From contig CACYTF010000008.1 of the NCBI GenBank assembly GCA_902777335.1, positions 378 to 64,377 of the forward strand: a stretch of 64,000 bases of DNA, given 5' to 3'. Under the pieces are notes generated by a model. The model worked only from the letters and a program-made list of their open reading frames with translations. It was not told the DNA's origin and ran no database searches. How positions within the stretch are numbered: the stretch's first letter is position 1; each line of letters opens with the position of its first letter. The DNA is from an uncultured Eubacteriales bacterium. GTDB taxonomy: Bacteria > Bacillota > Clostridia > Christensenellales > Aristaeellaceae. Positions 11,403 to 20,880 of this stretch are shown here, piece by piece. The position numbers and the translations under genes were made by a program.

Positions 11403-12194
11403 TTACACCCCGTTTCTGTCTATCAGTTCCTCCGCCAGCGCCTGATACGCCTTCGCGCCGCTGCAGCGGGCGTCGTACAGGTGGATCGGCAGCCCGTAGC
11501 TGGGGGCCTCGCTGAGGCGCACGTTGCGGGGGATCGCCGTCTCGAAGGCCTCCTCGCCGAAGTGGTTGCGCACCTCCTGGGCCACCTGGGCGCACAGATT
11601 GGTCCGCCCGTCGAACATCGTCAGGAGGATGCCCTCCACGGCCAGGTTCGGGTTCAGCCGCTTGCGCATCAGCTTCACCGTGTTCACCAGCTGGCCCACG
11701 CCCTCCAGCGCGTAGTATTCGCACTGTATCGGTATCAGCACGCTGTCCGCCGCCGTCAGCGCGTTCAGCGTCAGAAGGCTCAGCGAGGGCGGGCAGTCGA
11801 TGAATATATAATCGTAGCCGCCTTGCACCGGAGCGAGCGCTTCCCTCAGCAGCTTTTCCCGGTTGTCGACGCCCACCAGCTCGATCTCCGCGCCGGCCAG
11901 CTCGATGGCGGTGGGAATCAGGCTCAGCGGCCCGAAGCCGGTGTCCAGCGTGGCCTCGGCCGCCGTAGCCTCGCCGATCAGCACGTCGTACACCGTGTGC
12001 TCCCCCGCGCCGGCCTTGCCCAGCCCGCTGGTGGCGTTGCCCTGGGGGTCGATGTCCACCAGCAGCACCTTTTTGCCCAGCGCCGCCACGCAGGCGCTGA
12101 GGTTCACGGCGGTGGTGGTCTTGCCCACGCCGCCCTTTTGATTGGTTATCGCAATGATCTTGCCCAAAATACCATCCCGTTTCAGGTTCCACAC
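11403..12194 (-). CDS. parA: Chromosome partitioning ATPase ParA/Soj
   Basis: Deviant Walker A KIIAITNQKGGVGKTTTAVNLSA. The true start may be the internal TTG giving MGKIIAIT. Confidence 0.9.
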   Translation of the reverse strand: MWNLKRDGILGKIIAITNQKGGVGKTTTAVNLSACVAALGKKVLLVDIDPQGNATSGLGKAGAGEHTVYDVLIGEATAAEATLDTGFGPLSLIPTAIELAGAEIELVGVDNREKLLREALAPVQGGYDYIFIDCPPSLSLLTLNALTAADSVLIPIQCEYYALEGVGQLVNTVKLMRKRLNPNLAVEGILLTMFDGRTNLCAQVAQEVRNHFGEEAFETAIPRNVRLSEAPSYGLPIHLYDARCSGAKAYQALAEELIDRNGV

Positions 12195-12269
12195 GGAAAC
12201 CCATATGATTCATATATTCCATTATACGTCATTTCATGCCCGAGGGCAAGACACATCGCGCAAAACTAA

Positions 12270-12330
12270 CCAAAATCGGGGGGACGGTTCTCTGTGTCAA
12301 TGACACAGAGAACCGTCCCTATGATTTTGG
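12270..12330. repeat. REP family A, 61-bp perfect palindrome
   Basis: CCAAAATCGGGGGGACGGTTCTCTGTGTCAATGACACAGAGAACCGTCCCTATGATTTTGG. Confidence 0.9.
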
Positions 12331-12385
12331 TTTGAAATCTGAGCCAAAACGTGCTATAGTCATATCAGTACGATGAGAGGGGTGC

Positions 12386-13492
12386 ATGACGATGAAGAAG
12401 CTGCTGGCGCTGTTGTTTGCGCTGTGCCTGGGCCTGACGGGCTTTGTCCTGGCGGAGGAGCCGCCGCTGGGCCCGGGCTGGAACCTGGGCAACACCTTCG
12501 ACGCCTACCTGGACGGGCAGAATATCGACCCGATGGATCTGGAGACCCTGTGGGTGGGCGCGCGCACCACCGAGGAAGACGTGGCAGCGGTGGCCAACGC
12601 GGGCTTTGAGGTGTTCCGGCTGCCGGTGTCCTGGCATGACCACGTGTCCGGCGACGATTTCGCCATCGACCCGGCGTGGATGGACCGCGTGCAGGAGGTG
12701 GCCGACTGGGTGCTGGCGCGCGGCATGACGCTGATCCTGAACTCCCACCACGACATCGACAAGCGCTTCTTCTACCCGGATTCGGAGCACTACGACCAGT
12801 CCGAGCGCTACCTGACCGCCATCTGGACGCAGATCTGCGAGCGCTTCGGCGGCTACGACGATAAGGTGATCTTTGAGTTCATGAACGAGCCGCGGCTGAA
12901 GGACACGGCCATGGAGTGGGCCTTCGCCGAGCATACGCCGGCCTGCGTGGACGCCGCCGACTGCATCGGCAGGCTCACGCAGCGCTGCGTCGACGTGGTG
13001 CGCGCCTCCGGCGGCAACAACGCCGATCGCTGGCTGTTGGTCACCCCCTACGCCGCCAGCCCCTACTCGGTGCAGACCGACCACTTCCGGCTGCCCAACG
13101 ACCCCGCCGGCCGCCTGATCGTGTCCGTGCACACCTACACGCCCTACGCCTTCACGCTGAAGCCGAACGGCGTGCGCCGGTTCGACCCCACGAAGGCGTA
13201 TCAGGTCAACGAGATCGGCAAGGTGCTGGACATCATGTGCGACAGGTTCGTCAATCAGGGCATACCGGTGTACATCGGCGAGTTCGGCTGCGTCGACCGC
13301 GACAATCTGGAGGACCGCGTGGCCTACATGCGGTACTTCTGCGCCGCCGCCAGGGCGCGCGGCATCTACATGTGCGTGTGGGACAACAACATGTACAAGC
13401 AGGGCAACGAGTGGTTCGGCCTTCTGAACCGCGCCACCGCCGAATGGTACTACCCCGAGATCGTGCAGGCCATGATCGAAGCCAGTAAATAA
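12386..13492 (+). CDS. Secreted glycoside hydrolase family 5 (cellulase family)
   Basis: Signal peptide MTMKKLLALLFALCLGLTGFVLA. GWNLGNTFD, FRLPVSWH, NSHHD, FEFMNEP (acid/base Glu) and IGEFG (nucleophile Glu) are GH5 motifs. Confidence 0.85.
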   Translation: MTMKKLLALLFALCLGLTGFVLAEEPPLGPGWNLGNTFDAYLDGQNIDPMDLETLWVGARTTEEDVAAVANAGFEVFRLPVSWHDHVSGDDFAIDPAWMDRVQEVADWVLARGMTLILNSHHDIDKRFFYPDSEHYDQSERYLTAIWTQICERFGGYDDKVIFEFMNEPRLKDTAMEWAFAEHTPACVDAADCIGRLTQRCVDVVRASGGNNADRWLLVTPYAASPYSVQTDHFRLPNDPAGRLIVSVHTYTPYAFTLKPNGVRRFDPTKAYQVNEIGKVLDIMCDRFVNQGIPVYIGEFGCVDRDNLEDRVAYMRYFCAAARARGIYMCVWDNNMYKQGNEWFGLLNRATAEWYYPEIVQAMIEASK

Positions 13493-13575
13493 GGCGCACG
13501 GGAAAATCAGGGGGAGGTGGCTCGCTTTATGCGATCAGACGAACCCCCGGGATCACCCTGCCAACCCTCTCAGTG

Positions 13576-14295
13576 TCAATCCCCTATGCTCGTCAGATTG
13601 CCCTCCTCGTCATAGTGACCCCGCCAATACTGGTATCCTTCGTCGTCATAATCATATTTCAGGTAGATCTGATACTCCGACAGCGCCTTGTTGTATTGCA
13701 TGCTGTACTCAACGTTGTGTTCATCCACGTCCATGACCGTTTTTGTGCTTACGCTTTCCCATTGGACCTCATACGCATTCGCCGCCTCGGCGTCGCTGTT
13801 TACGATCCTGCAATAGAGCTTGTAACCGTTGGACGCGTATATCTCCACCTCATAGCGGTTCACTTCATCCGTCAGCCGGAGTTCCTCCCCAAGCGCCAGC
13901 AAAGCGCCCCCTTCGGAATCTGAAAACGTCAGGTCGACGGCCTGCAGGTCTTCATATTGCCCTGTGCTGCCCAGGGCGAGCTCTCCGCTTTCCAGATCGA
14001 ATCCCATGTCCGGGACGGCGACGCTCCCGCCCTCCAACAAGCCGAGGATCGTGCCCAGGCCGTCCCACTGATCGGATACCCGCTTGAGATCGCGCCAATC
14101 ATACCTGTCGTTCAACGGCTCCAGGGAATCCGGAAGGCCGCCGGTGGGCTCGGTCAGCGACTCCAGCAGCTCCGCGTCATCGACTGCCTGCCTCATGGTG
14201 TCCAAATCGGTGTGGGCGTCGGCCAGGGCGGACGCGGCGGACAGCGCCAGCAGCGCCGCCAGCATCAGGATCATCCATCGCTTCACGGGTTTCAT
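13576..14295 (-). CDS. Hypothetical secreted protein
   Basis: 239-aa ORF with signal peptide (MKPV)KRWMILMLAALLALSAASALADA. No recognisable domain. The start may be the GTG three codons in (better RBS spacing). Confidence 0.55.
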   Translation of the reverse strand: MKPVKRWMILMLAALLALSAASALADAHTDLDTMRQAVDDAELLESLTEPTGGLPDSLEPLNDRYDWRDLKRVSDQWDGLGTILGLLEGGSVAVPDMGFDLESGELALGSTGQYEDLQAVDLTFSDSEGGALLALGEELRLTDEVNRYEVEIYASNGYKLYCRIVNSDAEAANAYEVQWESVSTKTVMDVDEHNVEYSMQYNKALSEYQIYLKYDYDDEGYQYWRGHYDEEGNLTSIGD

Positions 14296-14453
14296 CCTCC
14301 TTCGATACGCGGACCGGCGACGCGGTCCAACCGGCCATTACGGCTGTGAATGAATGTGTTTTCAGTATAATGGCTTTGCATTGGAAAAGCCACGCCTTCA
14401 AGCCACGCAACATAATTTTTACATAACAGCAACGCCCGCTGCCGACGTACAAC

Positions 14454-14491
14454 AAAACCGCCCTCCACCCACGCAGGGGGAAGGCGGTTTT
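14454..14491 (-). terminator. Rho-independent terminator after rplQ (A-tract/T-tract on both sides)
   Basis: AAAACCGCCCTCCACCCACGCAGGGGGAAGGCGGTTTT: about 10-bp GC stem flanked by A and T runs, 13 nt after the rplQ stop. Confidence 0.7.
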
Positions 14492-14503
14492 CAATGCGTC
14501 CGA

Positions 14504-15013
14504 TCAGATGAACTCCAGGATCACCATCTCGGCGGCGTCGCCGCGACGGGGGCCCTTCTTGACGATGCGGGTGTAGCCGCCGCCCTGGCCCTTCTCAGCG
14601 GCGCGCTTCTTGTACTTGGGCGCGATCTCGCGGAACAGCTTCTCGACGACCTGATGCTTGACGTCCTTCTGGCGCTTCTTGAAATCGTCCTTGTCCTCGC
14701 CCTCGTTCTGGACGGCGGGGATGTCGTACAGGTAGCGCATGATCTGACGACGGGCAGCCAGGCGGGCAGGCGCGTCGTTGGTGACGGTCAGCTCCTCCAC
14801 CTGCTTCTTGTCGTTCATGTGCTTCTTGGTAACTTCGACGGTATTGTCGCACTGACGCATGGCGATGGTCACTAAATGCTCAGCCAGCGACTGAACTTCC
14901 TTGCCGCGCGCCAGAGTGGTTTCGATTTTGCCGTACCAGATCAGGTTGGTCACCTGATTGCGAAGCATCGCCATTCTCTGGTCGGTCGGCCGGCCCAGCT
15001 TGCGATTGGCCAT
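14504..15013 (-). CDS. rplQ: 50S ribosomal protein L17 (long form, internal insertion)
   Basis: [39 protein letters not shown] ... [25 protein letters not shown]. Last gene of the alpha operon. Confidence 0.95.
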   Translation of the reverse strand: MANRKLGRPTDQRMAMLRNQVTNLIWYGKIETTLARGKEVQSLAEHLVTIAMRQCDNTVEVTKKHMNDKKQVEELTVTNDAPARLAARRQIMRYLYDIPAVQNEGEDKDDFKKRQKDVKHQVVEKLFREIAPKYKKRAAEKGQGGGYTRIVKKGPRRGDAAEMVILEFI

Positions 15014-15056
15014 TTCTGGTTCCTCCCTTGATGCTTTATCGGTAAATGCCCGGGGG

Positions 15057-16028
15057 TTATTCCTCGCTGGTCTTAAGGCTCAGGCCCAGAGCGATCAGCT
15101 TCTGTTCCACCTCTTCCAGCGACTTCTTGCCCAGGTTGCGCACCTTCATCATGTCCTCCTGATTGCGCTGCACCAGCTCCGCAACGGTGTTGATGCCGGC
15201 GCGCTTCAGGCAGTTGAACGCGCGGACGGAGAGGTCCAGCTCTTCGATGGTCATCTCCAGAACCTTGCTCTTGTCGTCGATTTCAGGTTCGTTGTAATCG
15301 ACGCGGACGACGTTCACCGTCAGGTCGATGAACAGGCGCATGTTGTTGGTCAGTATCTGCGCGGCGGAAGCCAGGGCTTCCTTGGGCAGTATGCTGCCGT
15401 TGGTCCATACCTCGATGGTCAGTTTGTCATAGTCGGTGACCTGGCCCACGCGGGTGTCCTCGACGGAATAGCTGACCTTGCGGATGGGGGTGAATATGCT
15501 GTCGACCGGAATCACGCCGATGGGCATGCCGGTGACCTTGTTGCGCTCCTGAGCGAGCTGCTTGTTCCGCTCCGCGGAGACATAGCCCCGGCCCTTTTCG
15601 AGGGTGATCTGGCACTGCAGGTGGCCGCCCTCGGAGAGCGTCGCGATGTGCAGATCGGGGTTGACGATCTCGACCTCGTCGTCGGCCTTGATGTCGCCCG
15701 CCTTGATCTCGCAGGGACCGTGCGCATCGATGGTGATGGTCTTGGGTTGCTCCGTGAAGAGTTTCGCAGAGAGAAGCTTGATGTTCAGGATCAGTTCCGC
15801 AACGTCTTCCTTCATGCCAGGAACGGTCGAAAACTCATGCTGGACGCCCTCGATCCGGACGCTCGTCGCCGCCACGCCGGGCAGTGAGTTCAGCAGCACG
15901 CGGCGCAGAGAGTTGCCCAGAGTCTGGCCGAAGCCGCGCTCCAAAGGGTTGACGACAAACTTGCCGTAGCGATTGTTCTCGCCGACTTCCACACGTTCAA
16001 TTTTGGGCTTTTCGATTTGATCGATCAC
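15057..16028 (-). CDS. rpoA: DNA-directed RNA polymerase alpha subunit
   Basis: [52 protein letters not shown]-terminal domain [19 protein letters not shown]. Confidence 0.97.
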   Translation of the reverse strand: MIDQIEKPKIERVEVGENNRYGKFVVNPLERGFGQTLGNSLRRVLLNSLPGVAATSVRIEGVQHEFSTVPGMKEDVAELILNIKLLSAKLFTEQPKTITIDAHGPCEIKAGDIKADDEVEIVNPDLHIATLSEGGHLQCQITLEKGRGYVSAERNKQLAQERNKVTGMPIGVIPVDSIFTPIRKVSYSVEDTRVGQVTDYDKLTIEVWTNGSILPKEALASAAQILTNNMRLFIDLTVNVVRVDYNEPEIDDKSKVLEMTIEELDLSVRAFNCLKRAGINTVAELVQRNQEDMMKVRNLGKKSLEEVEQKLIALGLSLKTSEE

Positions 16029-16155
16029 TCAGCGTTTCCTCCTCTCCTTGTCGCAGCCCGGAAAAACCGGGTTGCGGTGCTGGCCCCGCGCCGCGCAAAG
16101 CCGTTTCGTAGCGCGCTATGCGGCCGCAGGGCGATTGACTGTTTCCAGACAGCAA

Positions 16156-16752
16156 TTAGCGGGAGTACAGCTCGACGATCAGGTTCTCGGAAACCTCATA
16201 GTCAATATCTTCGCGGCTGGGCATCGCGGCGATCTTGCCCTCAAAGGCATCCGCCTGCTTCTCGATCCACTGAGGCACGGTCTTCTTGCCGTATTCCTCC
16301 AGCAGCGCCTTGAACTTCTCGGAGGCCTGGCTCTTCTGGCACACGGCGACCACGTCGCCGGGCTTGACCATGGCGGAGGGGATGTCGCAGCGGCGGCCGT
16401 TCACGGTGAAGTGGCCGTGGTTCACCAGCTGGCGCGCCTCGCGGCGGGTGCTGGCAAAGCCCATGCGGAACACAACGTTGTCCAGGCGGCGCTCCAGGTA
16501 CTGGAGCAGGATCTCGCCGGTGATGCCGCGCTTGCGCTCGGCCATTTCATAGTAATGATGGAACTGCTTTTCCAGCACGCCGTAGATGAACTTCACCTTC
16601 TGCTTTTCCATCAGCTGCTTGCCGTATTCAGACTGCTTGCGACGCATCTGGGGCTTGGGGTTGCGTTTGGTCTCCTTGGAGTAACCAAGCACCGCAGGAG
16701 ACAGACCCAGCGCCTTGCATCTTTTCAGAACGGGCTGTGTATTCTTAGCCAT
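16156..16752 (-). CDS. rpsD: 30S ribosomal protein S4
   Basis: MAKNTQPVLKRCKALGLSP...YGKQLMEKQKVKFIYGVLEKQF...RLDNVVFRMGFA. Confidence 0.96.
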   Translation of the reverse strand: MAKNTQPVLKRCKALGLSPAVLGYSKETKRNPKPQMRRKQSEYGKQLMEKQKVKFIYGVLEKQFHHYYEMAERKRGITGEILLQYLERRLDNVVFRMGFASTRREARQLVNHGHFTVNGRRCDIPSAMVKPGDVVAVCQKSQASEKFKALLEEYGKKTVPQWIEKQADAFEGKIAAMPSREDIDYEVSENLIVELYSR

Positions 16753-16770
16753 GTCGGTTTCTCCTCTCGA

Positions 16771-17169
16771 TTACACTCTTCTGCGCTTGGGCGGGCGGCA
16801 TCCGTTGTGGGGGATGGGCGTCACGTCCTTGATCATGTTCACTTCCAGACCCGCGGCCTGCAGCGAACGGATGGCGGCTTCACGCCCGGAGCCGGGACCC
16901 TTGACATAGACCTCGACGGTCTTCAGGCCATACTCCATGGCGGCCTTCGCGGCGGTCTCGGCGGCGCTCTGCGCGGCGAAGGGCGTGGACTTCTTGCTGC
17001 CGCGGAAGCCAAGCCCGCCAGCGGAAGCCCAGCTCAGCGCGTTGCCGGCGGTATCCGTGATCGTCACGATGGTATTGTTGAAAGAAGAGCGAATATGGGC
17101 CGCGCCGCGCTCCACGAGCTTCTTCTCGCGGCGTTTGCGGGTAACCCTTTTCAGCTTCGGCTTTGCCAT
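16771..17169 (-). CDS. rpsK: 30S ribosomal protein S11
   Basis: Start at [17 protein letters not shown] (GGGAGG RBS). [44 protein letters not shown]. Confidence 0.96.
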   Translation of the reverse strand: MAKPKLKRVTRKRREKKLVERGAAHIRSSFNNTIVTITDTAGNALSWASAGGLGFRGSKKSTPFAAQSAAETAAKAAMEYGLKTVEVYVKGPGSGREAAIRSLQAAGLEVNMIKDVTPIPHNGCRPPKRRRV

Positions 17170-17204
17170 AGCGTTTATTCCTCCCAATAATCAAGCAATT
17201 GTTA

Positions 17205-17576
17205 TTACTTCTTCTTCTTACCGGCAGCCTGCTTCTTCGGGCCCTTGCGGGTACGGGCATTCTGCTTGGTATTCTGTCCGCGCACGGGAAGACCGCGGCG
17301 ATGCCGCAGACCGCGATAGCAGCCGATCTCCATCAGGCGCTTGATGTTCATGGAAACTTCGCGACGCAGGTCGCCCTCTACCTTGACGTTGTGGTCAATG
17401 TAGTCGCGCAGCTTGCCGATATCATCCTCGGTCAGGTCCTTGACGCGGGTGTCGGGGTTGACGCCCGTGGCCTCGATGATGTCGTCGGCGATGTTGCGGC
17501 CAATGCCGTAGATGTACGTCAGGGCGATCTCAATGCGTTTCTCCCTGGGAAGGTCGACACCAGCAATTCGTGCCAT
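17205..17576 (-). CDS. rpsM: 30S ribosomal protein S13
   Basis: Start at [30 protein letters not shown]...[27 protein letters not shown]. Confidence 0.96.
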   Translation of the reverse strand: MARIAGVDLPREKRIEIALTYIYGIGRNIADDIIEATGVNPDTRVKDLTEDDIGKLRDYIDHNVKVEGDLRREVSMNIKRLMEIGCYRGLRHRRGLPVRGQNTKQNARTRKGPKKQAAGKKKK

Positions 17577-17811
17577 GTGTTGTTTGCACCTCCAAATAAC
17601 TTCTATGCTGTGCTTGGAACCGGCGATATTGCCCTTACATAGATTGGGCAGCATCAGCACCGCCCTTCGGCGGCGCCGGGGACCCTTGCGGGCCCTCGCC
17701 CGGGTTTGCGCGTCTGGCGTAACGCCCAAAGCCCTGTGTTTATATGAAGGAATCCCGGAAAACGCGCGGGTCAGGCGCGTCAGCCGCTCCGAAATTCCGT
17801 CAGACCAAATG

Positions 17812-17820
17812 ATTATACCA
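17812..17820 (-). promoter_or_regulatory. Candidate extended -10 (TGGTATAAT) promoter upstream of rpsM
   Basis: Minus strand reads ...gataattgTGgTATAATcatttgg about 240 nt upstream of the rpsM ATG. The -35 is weak. Confidence 0.35.
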
Positions 17821-17948
17821 CAATTATCGCTGCGCCGCTAACATCTTTTATGCAACAATTGTTAAATCTTACATCAAGTTCTGTTATTTCTTGGATTTTG
17901 GCGGATCTGCGCAGGAAAAGTATACAAAATGAAGGAAAACCTTCATCT

Positions 17949-18009
17949 CCAAAATCAGGGGGACGGTTCTCTGTGTCAGTGACACAGAGAACCGTCCCTG
18001 TGATTTTGG
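17949..18009. repeat. REP family A, 61-bp perfect palindrome
   Basis: CCAAAATCAGGGGGACGGTTCTCTGTGTCAGTGACACAGAGAACCGTCCCTGTGATTTTGG, ending 1 nt before the DUF218 gene stop codon. Confidence 0.9.
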
Positions 18010-18010
18010 C

Positions 18011-18883
18011 CTACGGCAAATCCACCGCGCCCTCCGGCACGCCCAGCATGGAGGCCAGCTGGCGGATCGCGAAGCAGTCGTCTGCGGCGTATCTGGACGG
18101 AGGTTGGATCGGAAAGCTGTAGTTGGCCACGATGCGGGCGGAGTAGCCCCAGCTCAGATCGCACAGCGTGGACATGGCGTTGTACAGCACCTGGCTCCAG
18201 CGCTGGTGGTAGGCGGAGGTGACGATGGTCATCGTGTCGACGCCCTGGGCCCGCATGATTGCGAAGGTATTCACCGCGTTCTGCAGCGTGGTCATGGCGT
18301 TCTCGTCGATGCATATCCTGTCCGGGGCGATGCCACAAATTTCCGTCAGGTAGGCCTTCATCATGCCCGCCTCGGTGTGGCCCTCGGGGTTGTTGTCGCC
18401 GGTGGCCCCGCCGGAGCAGACCAGTATCGCTTCCGGGTAGGACCGCGCCGCGGCGGCGGCCGCCGCGCAACGGCCCTTCAATTCGTCGGTCATCTCGCCG
18501 TTCTTCAGCTCAAAGCCCAGCACCACGAAGGCGTGGCGCTCGCCGATCGCCGGGTTCGCCGCCTCCAGCGCCGCCGCGCGCTCGCCGCCGTCGTACAGAT
18601 ACATCGGGTAGTCCGGATCCAGGTAGACGGCCTTCCAATGGTCCACGATGGAGCGGGCGACGGTCAGGTCGGTGGCGCTGATCGAGCCGATGGCCTCCAG
18701 CACCCAGTCGAAATAGGCTTCGTCGCCGTCGGACGGCCGCTCGTAGGCCGACAGCAGCGCCGACAGCAGCACGCCGAAGTTGACCCGGTTGTTTTCGTCG
18801 ACGCGGTAGTAATCCTCCGCCGACGCGCCGGCGGCGCACAGCAGCGCCAGCGCAACGAAAAGCGCCGCGAGCCTTCGCATCAT
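18011..18883 (-). CDS. YdcF/ElyC-family (DUF218) secreted protein
   Basis: Start at MMRRLAALFVALALLCAAGASA (signal peptide). HAFVVLGFEL...ILVCSGGATG...HTEAGMMKAYL...IDENAMTTLQNA...IVTSAYHQRWS matches the DUF218 pattern. Confidence 0.8.
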   Translation of the reverse strand: MMRRLAALFVALALLCAAGASAEDYYRVDENNRVNFGVLLSALLSAYERPSDGDEAYFDWVLEAIGSISATDLTVARSIVDHWKAVYLDPDYPMYLYDGGERAAALEAANPAIGERHAFVVLGFELKNGEMTDELKGRCAAAAAAARSYPEAILVCSGGATGDNNPEGHTEAGMMKAYLTEICGIAPDRICIDENAMTTLQNAVNTFAIMRAQGVDTMTIVTSAYHQRWSQVLYNAMSTLCDLSWGYSARIVANYSFPIQPPSRYAADDCFAIRQLASMLGVPEGAVDLP

Positions 18884-19695
18884 GATACCGTCTCCTCTCC
18901 CGACCCGTCCGGCAGAGCATCGTCCCCCCGAAGGGCCCGCCCCGCCTTCGCCATGCGCCGGGCGCGGCAGAAGCTGAGCCCGGTCAGGCGGGCGATCTGT
19001 CGGATGGAAGCGCCGCGCCGGGCCAGCGTCCGCACGCCCTCGCGCTGTTTTTCGTCCTCCAGGTTCAGATAGTCCGCCGGGGCGTCGCAGCCGGTGCACC
19101 GCTTCATCACCGCCACCGCCTTCCGGTCGGACAGCCGCGGCTCGGCGTATTCCAATTCGTCCATGCAGCGGTCGTCCTCGCCGCGCCTGTGGAATTCGAC
19201 GAATTCCTCGCGGCCGATCATGCCCAATACAAATCCTGTGTCCGTCAGCCCGCCCCCGTCGACATAGTCGGCATAGCTGCTGTAGGGATAGTCCGCGGGG
19301 GCTGCGCAGAGGCCGGCCTTGACCGGATTGCGGTGGATGTACCGCAGCGCGGTCAGCAGGTAAGCATCGTCGTGGATGGCTTCGCTCTTGTACCGGTCCT
19401 GGAAGAGGTGCCCCACCCGGTCGTACTTCAGGTTGTACCAGTACACATAGCTCGCGCCGAGCCGCCTGAACGCCGTGGCCAGGGGCTCGCCGCCCTCCCG
19501 GATCAGCAGGTGGACGTGGTTTGGCATCAGGCAGTACGCGAACAGCTCAAAGCCGCACGCCAGCTTGTACCGCTCCAGCGTCTGCAAAAAGCGCGCATAA
19601 TCCTCCTCGTCGCAGAATATCTTCTGCCGGTTGATGCCCCTGAACATGACGTGATAGGTTCCCGATTCGCTCCGCTCTCTGGCACCTCTTGGCAT
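18880..19695 (-). CDS. RAYT-type (IS200-like Y1/HUH) transposase homologue with C-terminal HTH extension
   Basis: MPRGARERSESGTYHVMFRGINRQKIF...CLMPNHVHLLI (HUH)...GHLFQDRYKSEAI...LRYIHRNPVKAGL (Tyr box). C-terminus ...ASIRQIARLTGLS (HTH). Flanked by REP-A palindromes. Stop overlaps the next start (ATGA). Confidence 0.85.
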   Translation of the reverse strand: MPRGARERSESGTYHVMFRGINRQKIFCDEEDYARFLQTLERYKLACGFELFAYCLMPNHVHLLIREGGEPLATAFRRLGASYVYWYNLKYDRVGHLFQDRYKSEAIHDDAYLLTALRYIHRNPVKAGLCAAPADYPYSSYADYVDGGGLTDTGFVLGMIGREEFVEFHRRGEDDRCMDELEYAEPRLSDRKAVAVMKRCTGCDAPADYLNLEDEKQREGVRTLARRGASIRQIARLTGLSFCRARRMAKAGRALRGDDALPDGSGEETVS

Positions 19696-19748
19696 AACAT
19701 CGCCCCCTTAATACTGAGTATACCCGGCGATGGGCGGCGTGTCAATCC

Positions 19749-19809
19749 CCAAAATCAAGGGGACGGTTCTCTGTGTCATTGACACAGAGAACCGTCCCCT
19801 TGATTTTGG
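19749..19809. repeat. REP family A, 61-bp perfect palindrome
   Basis: CCAAAATCAAGGGGACGGTTCTCTGTGTCATTGACACAGAGAACCGTCCCCTTGATTTTGG, between the RAYT start and the MerR stop. Confidence 0.9.
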
Positions 19810-19816
19810 CCGGGGA

Positions 19817-20803
19817 TCATTTCGCCTTCGGCTTCACCGGGATCAGCAGGTCGAGCTGCGCCGTTTGGGGCTCGCCCTTTTGGGTCCGGCGGACGTGGTC
19901 GTGGTAGTTCAGGTGCTCCTCCAGCGCTCCGAACATGTCGTCCGGGTCGCCGCTGCCGTTGTATTCGTATTCGTCGCTCTCGCGCACCCATCTGTCCAGC
20001 CACTCCCACTCCTGGAAGTTGCCCATCTGGATCATGTGCGCGGCGTAGGTGCCGCCCGGAAAGTGCTTCTTCTCCAGCGGCGGCGGCACCTCGACGCCCT
20101 CCGGCAGCGTGATCCAGAACTCATAGCCGTGCCACCCCGACTCATCCGACGGGCTGGGATGGTTGAAGCCGTACAGCCGCAGCCCGGGGTGCTTCTCCCA
20201 CAGCCGCGTCACGCGCACGAAATCCGAGATCATGTCGCCCGCCCGTTCCTCCGGGTCGTCGCCCACCACGTGGGCCGCGGCGACATCGCTTGCGGGCAGA
20301 TACACGATGCGCACATCCTTCATCGCCTGCCAGCCCTGCTGGCCCTGCTCCAGTTTCTCCATGATGCTTCGCCTCTCCTCCTTAATCAGCGTGGAAGCGG
20401 GTGAAAGGGCGTCGGCCAGGGCCATCAGCCGCTCGTCCTGAAGCAGCGCCTCCCCCGCGGGCAGCGCGCGCCGCTGCTTCAGCGCCTCCAGGAACGCCGC
20501 GATCACGTCCCGGACCGCGCGAAGGGCCTTGAACTCCTCGTCCAGCTGGGCCAGGTTCCGCTCCAGCACCCGCACGGCGGCGGCGGGGCCGGGGTCGGAC
20601 AGTATCTCCCCGATCTCCTTCAGCGACAGCCGCAGCTTGCGCAGCGTCAGGATCTGGCGCAGGCGCAGGATGTCCTCCGGGCCGTACACCCGATAGGCAT
20701 AGCCCTCCCTGCGGTCGCTTCGCATCAGGCCCTGCTTCTCGTAGTGGCGCAGCATCCGCGCGGAGACGCCGTACATCCTGGACACCTCGACGACGGTCAG
20801 CAT
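19817..20803 (-). CDS. MerR-family transcriptional regulator with GyrI-like effector-binding domain
   Basis: Start at MLTVVEVSRMYGVSARMLRHYEKQGLMRSDRREGYAYRVYGPEDILRLRQILTLRKLRLSLKEI (MerR HTH). The C-terminal half resembles the GyrI/SbmC-like fold (...FPGGTYAAHM...). The upstream part of the 421-aa track ORF runs through REP copies. Confidence 0.85.
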   Translation of the reverse strand: MLTVVEVSRMYGVSARMLRHYEKQGLMRSDRREGYAYRVYGPEDILRLRQILTLRKLRLSLKEIGEILSDPGPAAAVRVLERNLAQLDEEFKALRAVRDVIAAFLEALKQRRALPAGEALLQDERLMALADALSPASTLIKEERRSIMEKLEQGQQGWQAMKDVRIVYLPASDVAAAHVVGDDPEERAGDMISDFVRVTRLWEKHPGLRLYGFNHPSPSDESGWHGYEFWITLPEGVEVPPPLEKKHFPGGTYAAHMIQMGNFQEWEWLDRWVRESDEYEYNGSGDPDDMFGALEEHLNYHDHVRRTQKGEPQTAQLDLLIPVKPKAK

Positions 20804-20880
20804 GTCCTCCACTCCTACCGCCCCCTTCCTTCCGCTCCAGTATAAACCGCGACACTGTGTCCGTGTCAAGCCCCCTTCCA

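Noticed and set aside
10496-12194. parB-parA as a marker that the replication origin lies in the window.
   Set aside because: No dnaA, dnaN, rsmG/mnmG or obvious DnaA-box cluster was seen next to them. The flanks are a NUDIX/membrane gene and a GH5 gene. An origin call cannot be supported from this window.
18880-19695. Active IS200/IS605 insertion sequence.
   Set aside because: There is no tnpB/accessory ORF and no subterminal IS-type imperfect hairpin ends. Instead there are dispersed short palindromes of the same sequence on both sides and elsewhere. This fits RAYT/REP rather than an IS copy.
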